Shown here piece after piece: positions 11,878 to 24,150 of a stretch of DNA of 64,000 bases (position 1 is its first letter; every line of letters starts with the position of its first letter). Source of the DNA: Felis catus. Its lineage: Eukaryota. The notes below the pieces were generated by a model. The model did not search any database, was not told where the DNA came from, and worked only from the letters and a program-made list of their open reading frames with translations. The position numbers and the translations under genes are program-made. The stretch covers positions 27,468,001-27,532,000 of the forward strand of contig NC_058383.1 in the NCBI RefSeq assembly GCF_018350175.1, written 5' to 3'.

Positions 11878-13230
11878 AATGCTAGCAAATAGAACTCAAC
11901 AGCATATTATTGAGGATTTTATGCCATGGCCAAGTGGGATTTATCCCAGGAATGCAACGGTGATTCAACATAAGAAAATGAATCAGTGTAATACATGAGA
12001 TTCGTAGAATGAAGAAAAATATATAATCATCTCAAATGATGTTGACAAAATGCCAACACACTTTAATGATAAAATATCTCAGAGAACAAAAGACAGAAAG
12101 TAACTTCCTTGACACAATAAAGGGCATTTGTGAAAAATACACAGCTAGCATTATACTCAGTGGTGAAAGTCTGAATGCTTTTCCCCTAAAACTAGGAACA
12201 AAACAAGGATGCCTGCTTTCCTGCCTAGTATTTAACACTGTACCAGAAGATCCGGCCAGAGCAATTAGACAAGAAAAAGAATTGAGGGACATCCAAACTG
12301 GAAAAGAAGGAAAATTATCTCCGTTCATGGATGACATAATATAGAAAATCCCAAAGACTAAAAGAAAGCTAGTAGAACTAAAGAACAAATTCAGCCAAGT
12401 TGCAGGGGACAAGATGAACACATGGTGTATCCATATCCCTGCAATGAATAATCCCAAAAGGACATTAAGAAAGCAATCCCATTTACAATAGCATCTAAAA
12501 GAATGAAATACCTGGAAACAAATTTAACAAAGGAGGCAAGAAGGATTGTTCACTGAAAACTAAAAAATATTGTTGAAAGAAATTAAAGAAGGCCTAAATA
12601 AATGGCAACGCATCCTGTGTTCAAAGCCTGGAAGATTTATATTGGTAAGATGTTGACATACACAAAGTGATCTATAGATTCAGTGGCCTATCAAATCTTT
12701 TCTAATGGCCTATCGGATCTTAATGGCCCTTTTTTGCAGAATTGAAAAAGTTAGTACTCAGATTCATATGGATTTGCAAGGGGCCCTGAACAGCCAAAAC
12801 AATCCTGAAAAAGAACAATGTTGGGAGTACTCATATCTCCCCATCAAAACTTACTGCAAAGCTATAGTAATTAAAACAGTGTGGTGCTGGCATAAAGCTA
12901 GACATATAAGCCAGTGGAACAGAATTGAGAGTCCAGAAATAAACCCATATAGCTATGGCCAGCTGACTTTGGACAAGGATGCTACGTCCATTCAGTGGGG
13001 ATAGAATAGTCTCTTTGATAACTGGTTCTGGGACAAATGGATTTCCACATGGCCGTAGTTTGACTCCCTGACCTTACACCTTAGGTAAAAATTAACTCAG
13101 AATAGATCAATGATCTAAATTTAAGAGCCAAAAACATTGAACTCGGCAGAAAACACAAGGGTACATTTTCATGATCTTGGATTTAGCAAAATTCTTATAT
13201 ATGATACCAAAGCACTAGCAAAAAATTAAA
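11878..13230 (+). mobile_element. Old L1M ORF2 fragment (reverse transcriptase region), degraded
   Basis: ORF pieces GTKQGCLLS...PFMDDII (QGCPLSP/FADD-like) and [25 protein letters not shown]; many stops and frameshifts. Confidence 0.92.
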
Positions 13231-13354
13231 TAGTGTGTGTGTTTGCATATCTCCAGAATTATGGGAGGACAAAAAAATAAGAATAAGAGCTTTTTAGAGC
13301 ACCTTCACCCAGGAACTGAATCACAGTTCCGATGTGAGAAAATGCCAGGAAAAG

Positions 13355-13425
13355 CTATAGTGACACAGTAACAATATTAAATCCTCCAATCCATGGGCAC
13401 AGGATCTTTTCCAATTTATTAGGAT
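13355..13425 (-). mobile_element. Short inverted L1 ORF2 fragment
   Basis: aacaatattaaatcctccaatccatgggcacaggatcttttccaatttatt is the reverse of the L1 'NKWKDIPCSWIGRLNIV' segment. Confidence 0.65.
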
Positions 13426-14062
13426 TCTGAAACACAGAGAGAATAAGTGATTTACTCAAGATCATATAATTCACATAAGGAAAAATGACAACTGGAACCT
13501 GGTTGAGTTCTCTCTTCCAGGGAGCATGAGGCTAGGACTATTTATTTGTAATTTGTGATAATACTGGCAAGGGCTGGTCTCTAGTTCCCTCCACCCTTTA
13601 GAAAAACTTCCCCATAGGCAGTGTGAATATGTGGGGGAAAGGTTGCAAAAAGAATGCTGTGACTACTGATAATCAAATTGCTTTTAAGCACACTTCAGCA
13701 CTTTAGAAGCATCCATTTATATATTAAGAATGAGTATGCTAATTGCGAGCCATTCTTAGGTATCCTTGAGGGATCTCTACCGGGCAAGCCTCATTTGAAT
13801 TATTCTCTTCCTTCAACAAACATCCAGTACTTGAGACTTGGGATTTTTGGCACTGAGTCTGAAGTACATGATTTTTTATTTTTTTTGTAAAGATGAAATG
13901 ATTAAGGGGAGGTAAGAATGGAACTAACTAGCATTTACTGACCCTAGCATGTGCCAGGCAAGGGAGCCATTTGTTCTCAGCTCATGCCTAGAAGGAGTAG
14001 GGTTCAGCTTTTGGGCAGATTAGCCCCTCCTGAAAACAAATAGATCCAACCTCCCACTCGCT

Positions 14063-14079
14063 CCCCCCCCCCCCCCCCC
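14063..14079. repeat. poly(C)17
   Basis: direct read. Confidence 0.9.
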
Positions 14080-14504
14080 AGCCCCCGGACCCAGTGCAGT
14101 AATAAGAAAAGGACGTTTAACTGGAATCCCATGGGTAGTAAAGGGAAAGCGATTTTACAATCAGACACCACATACAGGATGAAAATCTCCCTCAACCACC
14201 TATTTTTTTCCAGCCAAATCTTCTCTCCTTGTCAGTTACCTCATTTTTCTCCTTTTCCCCTAAAGCATCACAAAAGAAATGCCTTCCATTGTCCTGAGGA
14301 ATTCAGCTGCTACTCTACATCATAAACATCACTCAGGAGGACAAAAGCCAGGTTGTTAACTGAACAGTGACAATCACAACCATTTTTGCACCAGCCTACA
14401 TACATGCATGTATGCACATGTGGGGGGTGGAGGGAAGGGCGATTCTCACTTCATCTGAAATCACTTACATTATCTCCTTTGCTCTTTAAAAGACCCCTAA
14501 GAGA

Positions 14505-14620
14505 TTAGTTCATCCCATTTTACAGGAGAAAGACAGAAAACAATTTGGTAACTTGTCCCAAGCTGCACAGCTTGTGAGTGGGGCAAGCCACTGTGGAAGA
14601 CAGACTTGATTCCAATGCTC
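14505..14620 (-). mobile_element. MIR core
   Basis: catcccattttacaggagaaa...ggtaacttgtcccaagctgcacagct. Confidence 0.7.
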
Positions 14621-14785
14621 AAGATGTGAAAGGCTGGTCTCAGACATGGAAGGCTATGAAGATGGCTTTCTTGATTTCCACATCACTGGGTGAATTCTTG
14701 CCTCCATTATATTGGACTTTCTCCAAAAGACCCTGAATGGTGGCCAGCCGTGTATTAGGGTTCCCCAAGGAGCTTAGAGTTTAAG

Positions 14786-14993
14786 CAGACTGCAGCAAAT
14801 TACAGCCACCGGGCCAGATCCAGCCTACGGCAGGTATTTACCGGCACACACGAGGTCATTCTTTTACATATTGTCTATGACTGTTTCTGCACTACAACAG
14901 CAGAATTGAGTAGCTGGGACAAAGAATGAATGGTCTGCAAATATCCACTCACTGGCCCTCTGCAGAAAAAAAAAAAAAGTGTGCTGATTTCTG
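14786..14993 (+). mobile_element. MER58A hAT-Charlie MITE
   Basis: cagcaaattacagcc...gggccagatccagcc...tacatattgtctatgactg...cactacaacagcagaattgagtag...tggccctctgcagaaaaa...gctgatttctg. Confidence 0.85.
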
Positions 14994-15189
14994 GTCTAGA
15001 GAGGCAACTCTCCAGACCAAAGAGACAGTCTAGAAACAGTCTAGAGTGTGAGGGTGAAGGGAAGTGGTAGGGGAGCACAGTGAGCTGGGACTTCCTATGA
15101 GCTGACCCTGGTTGTTAAACCTTAACGAGCCGTCAGAAGCCCTCTGTGTCCTCATTCTCTACAATGTTCTTAGGACCTTGAAAATAACC

Positions 15190-15675
15190 GATTGATGAAT
15201 TAAGCCGATGGAGTAAGTACTTGCTGTGTGTCAGGTTCTGTCATAGGTCCTGTGGATACAGCTGTGAGCAAAACAGGCCAAAATATGAGTAGGGTATGTG
15301 GCAAGGCCAAAGGCCAAAGTGACTGGGGCCGAGTGAGAGCTCAGGGCAAGGTCCTAGGTCTGCTGGGAGGGAGGCAGAGCCAGGTCATGGATGCTCTTGT
15401 GGGGTCTTATTCCAAACACAGGGGGAAGCCCCTGAGAATGTTAAGCAAAGTGGATGTGATTATTTGATATAAAATGATCGCTCTGTAGACAGCAGGTTAT
15501 TGGAGGGCAGAGGTGGGAACAGGGAGAATGAGTGCTTTGTATCAACTCGGGCATCAAGTAGTGGCAGCTTGACGAGGCTGGTTGGTGTTGGGGGAGGTGG
15601 AGAGAACCGGATGGGTCAGGGAAATACTTGGAACCAGGGCTAAGAGGGCTCGAGGGTAGTTGGGGATGTAGAGTG
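15190..15675 (-). mobile_element. L2 LINE
   Basis: tgtgtcaggttctgtcataggtcctgtggatacagctgtgagcaaaacag...gggaagcccctgagaatgttaagca...ggaggtggagagaa. Confidence 0.8.
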
Positions 15676-15749
15676 GATCCTGACAAAGAAGCCCAACCCT
15701 TGCCAAAGGCTTCTCAGAGAACCAGGGGATGGTGAAGGGATTTATTAGG

Positions 15750-16090
15750 ATTCTCACCTCCTGCCGGCACAGGCAGGGTAAGCAGCAGGCGGTACCCGGG
15801 CTCCTGACGGACTCCTCTGGTGCCTGCTCGCCGTCCGCAGACACAGGCAGACAGAGCAGCAAAATGGACGGATCGCAGCGTGCCGGGCAGCCGGCCCCCT
15901 CGCAAAAGGATGGATTGGACTGGTTAGAGAGAGCTCGACACTTGTGTTGCAGATCCATTAATGTCAGCCACAGGTTAATTCTGAGCAATTTCCAGGTGAT
16001 CCAATAATTCATTAAACTGACGAAAACAAATCTTTGGAAAATCGAGCCGGTGACAGATAAAAAGCCAATGATTTATTGTCTGGAGAGGAC
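15750..16090. promoter_or_regulatory. Candidate enhancer (MEIS, PBX-HOX, GATA)
   Basis: repeat-free and CpG-retaining; TGACAG 16051-16056, AGATAA 16055-16060, TGATTTAT 16069-16076, several TAAT/ATTA. Confidence 0.5.
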
Positions 16091-16249
16091 TAAGTGTCTC
16101 CAGTTCCATTCTTCAGTCTGTTGAGTGAATCGAAGTGTACAGGAACAGCAGGGAAGGTGTGAGTTCTCCTTAATGGGCATTGTTCAGGCCCAGGGTGGAG
16201 TGCCCTTCGTAACACTTTTCCATGAAGCATTAAGGTAGAAGGAAGCACT

Positions 16250-16505
16250 AGGTAGCAGGAAGGCATGGATAGTGAGGTCGGGCAAAACTCAAGTTTGAAT
16301 TCCTGCTCTGCCAATTATTAGCATCTGTGAACTTGGGCAAGTTGCTTCACATTTCTGAGTCTCCACTGGTTCCTCTCTTCAACTGGGATAATAACATATT
16401 TTCCCCTGTACTCAAGAGTAGATACAATAAATGAAAATTATGAACGGAGCCTAGAGCATCACAGGGGACTCAATAAATAGCCGACATTATAGTTATTGAT
16501 GATAA
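16250..16505 (+). mobile_element. MIR SINE
   Basis: gtttgaattcctgctctgcca...tgtgaacttgggcaagttgcttcacatttctgagtctc...ctcaataaatag. Confidence 0.85.
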
Positions 16506-17350
16506 CATAGAAGATGGGTAAGGTTTTTTCTTCTAAGGCCATGCATGCATACTCAATGTGAGCATTCAGACTGCTGCTTTAACAATATTATGAAAGGCTT
16601 GCTTAGACATCCAAGGACAGCAAAGTTTTCCAAGGTAAATGCATTGGGGAGAAGTGGGAGATCCGATGACTAGGAAGATGGGTGATGGCATTTGGAGTGG
16701 GTATTGCTGAACGGGAAGAAAAGGGTCCTAGGTCTAAGTAGAAGCATTAATGAAGGACAATTTGAAAGCTTCCTTCCAAGTGGTGGTGGAGGGGGAGAGC
16801 TGTATGATTGGATCATACTTAGAAAAAGATGTTGAAATTGGTTTGAAGTCTGGATGGAGGAGGTGGTTTCTGAACGTAGATCAGTAACGTTTTAGATGTG
16901 AAAGCAACCTCAGAAACCAGTGGAAGAACTGATGTTTCTTACACACTTGGGAGTTTTGGCTAGCTGTCATATTTTCCATCTGGTGACAGCATTTCTGTAT
17001 CCCCCAGGAGCCTATCCCTCCCCACGTGCACGCATATCCTATATTCTGTATATGTCTTTCCATCTTGTATCAATGGGAGGTCTATCATAGCCATAGCAAT
17101 TTTAGAAAGGAATCGTGACCTCCCTCAGCTAAAAGTACCTAGAAGTCACAAAGATGCCTGAAAGGGATGTTTTACCATGGATTACTGTTCTCATAAATGG
17201 ATTCCCGCTCTGACAAAGATATTTAGGGACTGATAAGTTATCTGTTAGAAATCTGTTAGACAAACCTTGTTGGAGTCCACAGACCCTAAGAATACTTAAG
17301 AGGAACTTTGAGCTTTGGACCCCTCATAGTGTGTATAAGGAGCCTTTGAT

Positions 17351-19281
17351 TGGTGCAGTATACAAAAGCAATATACAGAAATCTGTTGCATTTCTATACA
17401 CTAATAATGAAGTAGCACAAAGAGAAATTAAGAAAACATTTCCATTTACAATTGCACCAAAAATAATAACACACCTGGGAATAAATTTAACCAAAGAGGT
17501 AGAAGATTTATACTCTGAAAACTATAAAACACAATGATGAAAGAAATTGAAGAAGACACAATCAAATGGAATGATATCCCTTGTTCCTGGTTTAGGAGGA
17601 CAAATATTGTTAAAATGTCCACACTACCCAGAGCAGCAATGTACAGATTTAATGAAACCCCTATCAAAATACCACAGCACTTTTTATAGAACTAGAACAA
17701 ATAATCCTACAGTTTGTATAGAACCACGAAAGACCCCCAAATAGCCAAAGAAATCTTGAAAAAGAAGAATAAAACTGGAGGTATCACAATTCCAGACTTC
17801 AAGTTATATTACAAGGCTGTAGTGATCCAAAGAGTACGGTACTGGCACAAAAACAGACACACAGCTCAATGGAACAGAATAGAAAACCCAGAAATGAACC
17901 CACAATTGTATGATCAATTAATCTACAACAAAGGAGGTAGGAATATGCAATGGGTAAAAGTCTCTTCAACAAATGGTGCTGGAAAACTGGACAGCTACAT
18001 GTAAAAGAATGAAACTGGACAACTTTCTTACACCATACAAGAAAATAAGCTCAGAATGAAATTAAAGACCTAACTGTGAGACCTGAAACCTTAAAATTCC
18101 TAAAAGAAAACATAGGCAGTAATCTCTTTGTCGGTAGAAACATTTTTTCTATATATGTTTATGCAAGGGAAACAAAAGCAAATGTAAACTACTGGATTAC
18201 ACCAAAACAAAAAGCCTCTGTGCAGAGGGGGAAAAAATAAAAAAAACAAAAAGACAACCCACCGGATGGGAGGAGATGTTTGCACATGATACATCTGATA
18301 AGGGGTTGATATCCAAAATATATAAAGAACTTACGCAACTCAGTACCAAACAACAAATAATGCAATTAAAAAATGGGCAGGAGACATGAACAGTCATTTC
18401 TCCAAAGAAGACATCCAGAAGGCCAATGGCACATGAAAAGATGCTCAACATCACGCATCATCAGGGAGATGCAAATCAAAACCACAAGAAGATATTACCT
18501 CACACCTGTCAGAATGGCTAAAATCAAAAACACAAAGTGTTTTTATTAGCAAGGATGAAAGTGTTAGCAAGGATGTGAAGAAAAAGGAACACTCTTCCTC
18601 TGTTGGGGGCAATGCAAACTGAGGGGCATTTCTGGCGCAGCCAGTGGAGAAAACACTGAGGAGGTTCCTCCAAAAATTAAAAATAGAATGACCCTATGAT
18701 CCAGTAATTCCACTATTGGGTATTTACCCAAAGAATATGAAAACACTGATTTGAAAAGATAAATGCTCTCCTATGTGTACTGCAGCATTGTTTACAATTG
18801 CCAAGACATGGAAGCAACCCAAGTGCCCATCGATAGATGAATGGATAAAGAAGATGCAGCATATATACATACAGTGGAATATTACTCAGCCATAAAAACA
18901 ATGAGATCTTGCCATTTGCAACAACATGGATGGATCTACAGAGTATAACGCTGAGTGAAATAAGTCATTCAGAGAAAGACAAATACCATATGATTTCACT
19001 CATATGTGGAATTTAAGAAAACAAAATGAACAAGGAAAAAAGAGACAAACTAAGAAACAGACTCTTATTTATAGAGAACAAACTGGTGGTTGCCAGAGGA
19101 GAGGCCAGTGGAGGAAGGGTGAAATGGGTGAAGGGGTTTAAGAATACACTTATCATGATGAGCACAGAGTAATGTATGAAATTGTTGAATCATGAAGGTT
19201 GTACATGTGAAACTAATATAACATGGTATGTTAATTATACTGGAATTTTAAAAATAAATTAATGATTTTTTAGTTTTAAAA
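17351..19281 (+). mobile_element. 5'-truncated carnivore L1 (L1_Carn-like), ORF2 3' half and 3'UTR
   Basis: [44 protein letters not shown] in broken frames; TSD agcctttga at 17341-17349 and 19282-19290. Confidence 0.95.
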
Positions 19282-19419
19282 AGCCTTTGACTTAGTCTGC
19301 CTTCTAAAAATTGAAAATTAGTTTAAAATTAGAGAAGGCCTGGGAATGCTTAGAGCATAATCTATCACTTCCCCCAATTTGGGAGTATACTTCCAAGTAT
19401 TCAGTCATTCTGTCAGAGG

Positions 19420-19762
19420 GTTATACTCTGCTGACCCACTGATGTTAGGTTCATCCATGGGACTCACTTTGGCCAGTGGCAGACCTGTAGGTATAAGGCC
19501 AACCATGTTCAAGCAGAAGTTTAAGATGGTGTGTTCCCATCAGCTCTCTTGCTCTTTCCCTTTGCCCCATGACTGTCACTGAGCTTTGATAGGGACTGTT
19601 CCTGCAACCTGGGTCCTGGAAAGAGAAGGCATGTGGAACAGAGCTGCAGCTGACCTGTGATTACCAGCAGATAAGGAGATGGTAAACACCAAATTGTTGT
19701 AAGCCACTGAGATTTTGGGGCTTCTTGTTACACAGCATAACCCGGTGAAAGCTAACTGACAC
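19420..19762 (+). mobile_element. MLT1I/J-like MaLR solo LTR
   Basis: gactcactttggccagtgg...cctgggtcctgga...ttgttgtaagccactgagattttgggg...tgttacacagcataacc...gctaactgacaca. Confidence 0.8.
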
Positions 19763-19778
19763 AGGAGATGAGAAAAGC

Positions 19779-19793
19779 GGGGGGGGGGGGGGG
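19779..19793. repeat. poly(G)15
   Basis: direct read. Confidence 0.9.
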
Positions 19794-20269
19794 AGGGTGG
19801 TCATTAGCCAAAGTGCTGATCATTCAGCATTATAACAGAGGCCAGAGATTTGCTCCTTATGCTAAGCTCCTCAAATGTAATGCTATGGAATACTACATTG
19901 GCTCTTTCCACAGATTCGGGAGTGTGGTGGCCCAGGGGATTTGATTTTGCAGTCTGACTATGTGTGCATGTGAAGCATGTGTGTGATAAAGCTTCCCACT
20001 CTGAGCTCAAGTTGGAAGGATACATCTTCCTACTTAAAGCCAGCGTGGACTCAGCCTTTTGGAGCTGCGCTTCCCAAAGCAATAGTATGTAGTCAGACGC
20101 TCATTATTCAGGGGCTGATTATTCCACCTCTTCCTTCCCTTAGTGTGGACTTAAACCATCTTGTGTATATTAACACCGTTCTTCAACAGTGACAGCCAGA
20201 AGCTAAGGGAAAATTTCAAAGCCAAGTATTCGCCTGTTGGCTAACCACTTTGGCAGAAGGGCACTATTC

Positions 20270-20460
20270 GTACCTGCCCAGCACTGTGTAGGTGCTGAAT
20301 AGGTATGGTCTAATTTAATCTTTACGGCCATCCTTGAGATCAGTGTTCCTATCCCCATTTTACAGATGAGAGGAAACTGAGGCTGAGACGTTAAGCCACG
20401 TGTCCAGGATCACACAAGTTGTAGGAAGACTTGGAATACAGACTCAGATATTTGCCTATG
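20270..20460 (-). mobile_element. MIR SINE
   Basis: tatccccattttacagatgagaggaaactgaggctgaga...tgtccaggatcacaca. Confidence 0.9.
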
Positions 20461-20859
20461 TTTTTCATGACTTCTGTCAGCACCAAACAAAACGAAGCCA
20501 AATAAAACAAAACTCCAAAATGCTCCAAACAAACAAACGAACAAACAAAAAACTAAATAAGCAAACAAACGAAAACCTACACTGATTTAAGTGGGGGATG
20601 ATGTCAGATAATAAGAAAATAGCATCTACATACCACGTAGAAGCAGGGGGCTGGAGAGCTGCTACGGAATAATGTGAGGTGAGAGCCTGAACTCGGCAGC
20701 TAACAAACTCTCACTTGGGGAGGGAACAGGAGAAGCCAACATTGAGGACCAGTTCCTTTGTCCACCGCCTGGAAACTGGCTCCCTGGGAAGCTCTCACGG
20801 AAGGTGGCAGGAATAGAGGGTGAGAAGGCTCCGTGTCCATTCTGGGGGACATTCTCCCT

Positions 20860-21090
20860 TTCCTTCAAAGCGAGGAAGCAACAGCTTTTGTTTAACCCGC
20901 TAAACAAACTGTTTACTCATACCTCTCGCGACGTGAAGCTGAGAAATGGGCGGCAGTGCTCTGTGAATGGTAATATTGTCCTCAGCTGGTGCTATTAGTG
21001 ATGCGACGGAGGTATTTAATTAATTACCACTGACATATGTTTGTGCTAATTTATAAGACTGGTTAGCTTGCACATTGCATCTGAACTCTT
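20860..21090. promoter_or_regulatory. Candidate enhancer (FOX and homeodomain cluster)
   Basis: TGTTTAA 20889, TAAACAAA 20901, TGTTTAC 20910, TAATTAATTA 21017, TGTTTGT 21038; repeat-free with retained CpGs. Confidence 0.45.
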
Positions 21091-21191
21091 GCCTGCCTAG
21101 GGAGCTTCTTGAATGTAAAGCAATTTTCTGACTTGAAGCTAAGGAAATGCCAGAATATTGTACGTGTGGCAAGTGCTGATGGGTTACTTCC

Positions 21192-21410
21192 CAGGGGTTC
21201 TCAACCAGGGGAGATTTTGCCTCCAAACAAGGGATGTTTGGAAACGTCTGGAGACGTTTGTCATTATTACAGTCGAAGTAGGGTGTTGGGGAAGCATCTA
21301 GCAGGCAGAGGCCAGGGAAGCTGGCAAATGTCATACGCTGCACAGGACAGCCTCCACCACAAAGACTAATCTGGTCCCAAGGTCGGAAGTGCTAAAGTTG
21401 AGAAGTTCTG
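21192..21410 (+). mobile_element. MER20 hAT-Charlie, full length
   Basis: caggggttctcaaccaggggagattttgcc...gtctggagac...gcatctagcaggcagaggccaggga...gcacaggacagcc...gttgagaagttctg. Confidence 0.9.
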
Positions 21411-21444
21411 ACCTGGCTTTATGCTCCTACTTTAATAACCTACG

Positions 21445-21720
21445 ACCAGAGAGGGAAAGTGGCTTCCTCAAGGTCACACAGCAAGTTAGAGGCAGAACCT
21501 GGCAGCATGATGATCTGTAGCTGTTGGAGGCACAGGCTCTGGAGTCTGAATGCTTGGCTCCCACTCTTGGATGTGACTGTTAATAACCGAGGAACTCTGA
21601 GCATGATCCTTAGCTGTGCTTCAGCTACCTCATCCAGAAAACAGGAAGAAGAATGGTGTCCACTAACAGGCTTCTGAGAACAACCCAATGACACAAAGCA
21701 TGTATAAACTTGGCATGCTT
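21445..21720. mobile_element. Two MIR fragments, head to head
   Basis: minus piece aaggtcacacagcaagttagaggcagaacctgg, then plus piece gcacaggctctggagtctgaatgc...cttcagctacctcatc. Confidence 0.6.
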
Positions 21721-22026
21721 ATGTTCCATTTACTGTTAGAATTCTGCACCTTCTGATCAGCAGGACTCAGGGTAAGGTAAGACACATTATTATAATGATC
21801 ACTAACACAGGGTGAGAAACTTCCATTTAAACCTTGTCAGCCCTTCTGGGTCCAATGGTGGGGAGGCCCCTGGATCCCTGAGAACCACTTGAGTGGTGCC
21901 TTTGGTGCCATCCAAGGAGGCAGCACTGGCCCTGAAGGCAGGGTGTATACAGCAGCATGTAAACGTTGTCCTTCTTTAGTTTGACGGCCTTCACAGCCCC
22001 CTTCTCCTTTATAAGGTGACGGAGGG

Positions 22027-22264
22027 TGTGGTGGGCTGATTAATGCCCCTCCACACCCCCCTAAGATATCCAAGTCCTAGTCCCTGGATCCAGGAGGCTC
22101 CCTAGTATGGCAAGGGGGGTCTCTGCAGCTGTGATCAAGTTGAGGATCTTGAGATGGGGAGATCATCCTGGGTTACCTGGGTGCCCCTTAAATGTCATCA
22201 CAAGGGTACTTACAAAAGGAAGGCGAGGAGGTCAGGGGAGGGACAAGGCGAGATGACTATGGAA

Positions 22265-22300
<36 letters not shown>

Positions 22301-22535
22301 CCACGTGATGCAGGACCATGAGCCAAGGGATAAGGACAGCCTCTAGAAGGTGCAGAAGGCAAGGAAACAATTCTCCCTTCAAGGCTCCAGAAGGAACAAA
22401 CTCTGCCAACACCAGGCCTTGAACTCTGGAAGACTCATTTTGGATTTCTGACTTCCAGAATGGCAAGAGAATAAATATGTTTGAAGCCACAAAGCGTGAG
22501 GGCGTTTGTTATAGCATTGATAGGAAATGAATTTG
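22027..22535 (+). mobile_element. MLT1D/C-like MaLR solo LTR with internal (GA)n
   Basis: tgtggtgggctgattaatgcccc...gaggatcttgagatggggagatcatcctgg...ccagaaggaac...tttgttatagca; 5-bp TSD gaggg (22022-22026, 22536-22540). Confidence 0.9.
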
Positions 22536-23317
22536 GAGGGTTATTGATGGGGGACAGGTTAGAGTTGCATAGGGGGCAGAGACTGGGGAAAAAGGGATTG
22601 AAGTGCTGGTCCTTTCACCTTTGAGGATCAAGGTTATATCTCTGCTGATCCATGTGGCTCTGACTGTGGTCAGCTAGCAGCATAAACCATGGGGGACACC
22701 AGCAGAGGATGCACCCCAAGGCACGGGGAGAAGCTAGACTGGGGAAAGAGGCTGAGACCAGGCTGAAGTTGTCATGGGGGGGAGGGGCGGTGGGCAGTTT
22801 GGTCCTGGGAGAGTATGAGACCACAGCTGAGAACTTTCCAGAACTTGATGCCCTCATACTGAAGATATTAGTTAGGTGCCATGGCCTCTGTCATGAAAAA
22901 CCTGGAACAGGTATTGTCCCTACATGGGGTGCAATGGCCATAAGTGGCAGACCCAGGACACTTGGGGTCAGGGGGCAGTGGAAATGCAGGGTGGGGCTGT
23001 GATGGGGTTTGCACAGCATCGCCATGGGGGGCACAAGTTGCAGTAAGAGAGGGAGAAAATGAACCACACGTGATTTCCAGCAAGTTATCAGGCTAAGGTG
23101 AGGCCGATGGCATCCTCTCTTGCTACAAACATACAGGGAGGCAAGGTGACACAGAGCAAAGACATAAAAATACCAACCCAAACTTAAAAGAGAAGAAACT
23201 CACCAGGGGCCGGAAATGAAGACAGAGACGAAAGTCAGGCCTGTAAGGGCTGAGCCTGGGGGTTTGAGATCTGCTTAAGGCCTATAAGGACTGGAGTGTG
23301 GGACATCTATATCATTT

Positions 23318-23925
23318 CAGTTGGTCCTCATGATTTGCAGATTCTGTGTTTGTGAACTCACCTTCCCACTAAAATTTATTTGTAATCCCCAATTCAATAC
23401 ATGTGGTGTGTTGGCAGTCATTCGCAGCCGTGAGAAGAGCCGCGAGCAATTTGAGCCTCTCAGTGTGCACATTTCCAGCTCTGGTCGAGCAAGCCCTGCT
23501 GCACTTCTCATGTTGTAAACAAGGGTCCTTCCCCAGTCTGTTTAGTGCTAAAGAGTTTTGTGTTTTTTTTTCATTTTTGTACTTTTTATTCGTTATTTCT
23601 CTGTTCAAAATGGTCCCCCAAGCATAGTGCTCAAGTGCCGTCTAGAGTTTCAAAGTGCAAGGAGGTGATGCGCTTGCAAGAGAAAGCAGGTGCATCAGAT
23701 AGGCTGGATAACAGGCAGGAGATACAGTGTTGCTGGCTGAGTGGGTTCAAGGCTGAAAATCCGGACAATAATACTAGATAAGCTGTCTTTAAATAGAAAC
23801 ACACATAGCCAAGGCTTGTGTTGACCGCCAGATGAAAATGTTGTGACCAAAGGCTTGCAGGAACCTAAACTGCTGTTCTTGCAACTTTATGGTACCTCAC
23901 TCTGACACGTGATGTGAATCAACTG
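23318..23925 (+). mobile_element. MER82 TcMar-Tigger element
   Basis: cagttggtcctcatgatttgcagattc...ctaaaatttatttgtaatcccc...aaaatggtccccaagcatagtgct...gcaggaacctaa...gaatcaactg|ta. Confidence 0.85.
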
Positions 23926-23927
23926 TA

Positions 23928-23928
<1 letters not shown>

Positions 23929-23968
<40 letters not shown>
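23929..23968. repeat. (CA)n microsatellite
   Basis: direct read. Confidence 0.95.
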
Positions 23969-23971
<3 letters not shown>

Positions 23972-23989
23972 TCCCTCTTCTGGTCTCAC

Positions 23990-24150
23990 TTTATGGTCCC
24001 TTAACCTGTAAGGTTAAGTATGCTTATGCCCACTTGACAGATGAAAATATTGAGGTTCCAAGAGGCTAAGCTAGCTTCCCCATCGTCACACAGAACTTAG
24101 AATCTAACTTGGCTCTGTCAGAATTAATCATCCATGCTCCTTCTACACAA
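23990..24150 (-). mobile_element. MIR SINE
   Basis: gcccacttgacagatgaaaatattgaggttccaagaggctaag...gtcacacag. Confidence 0.75.

Noticed and set aside
15554..16012. ORFs over the CpG-richer segment as an exon or CpG-island promoter
   Set aside because: No domain similarity or clear splice pair, and the CpG-rich part is under 200 bp; better explained as an enhancer
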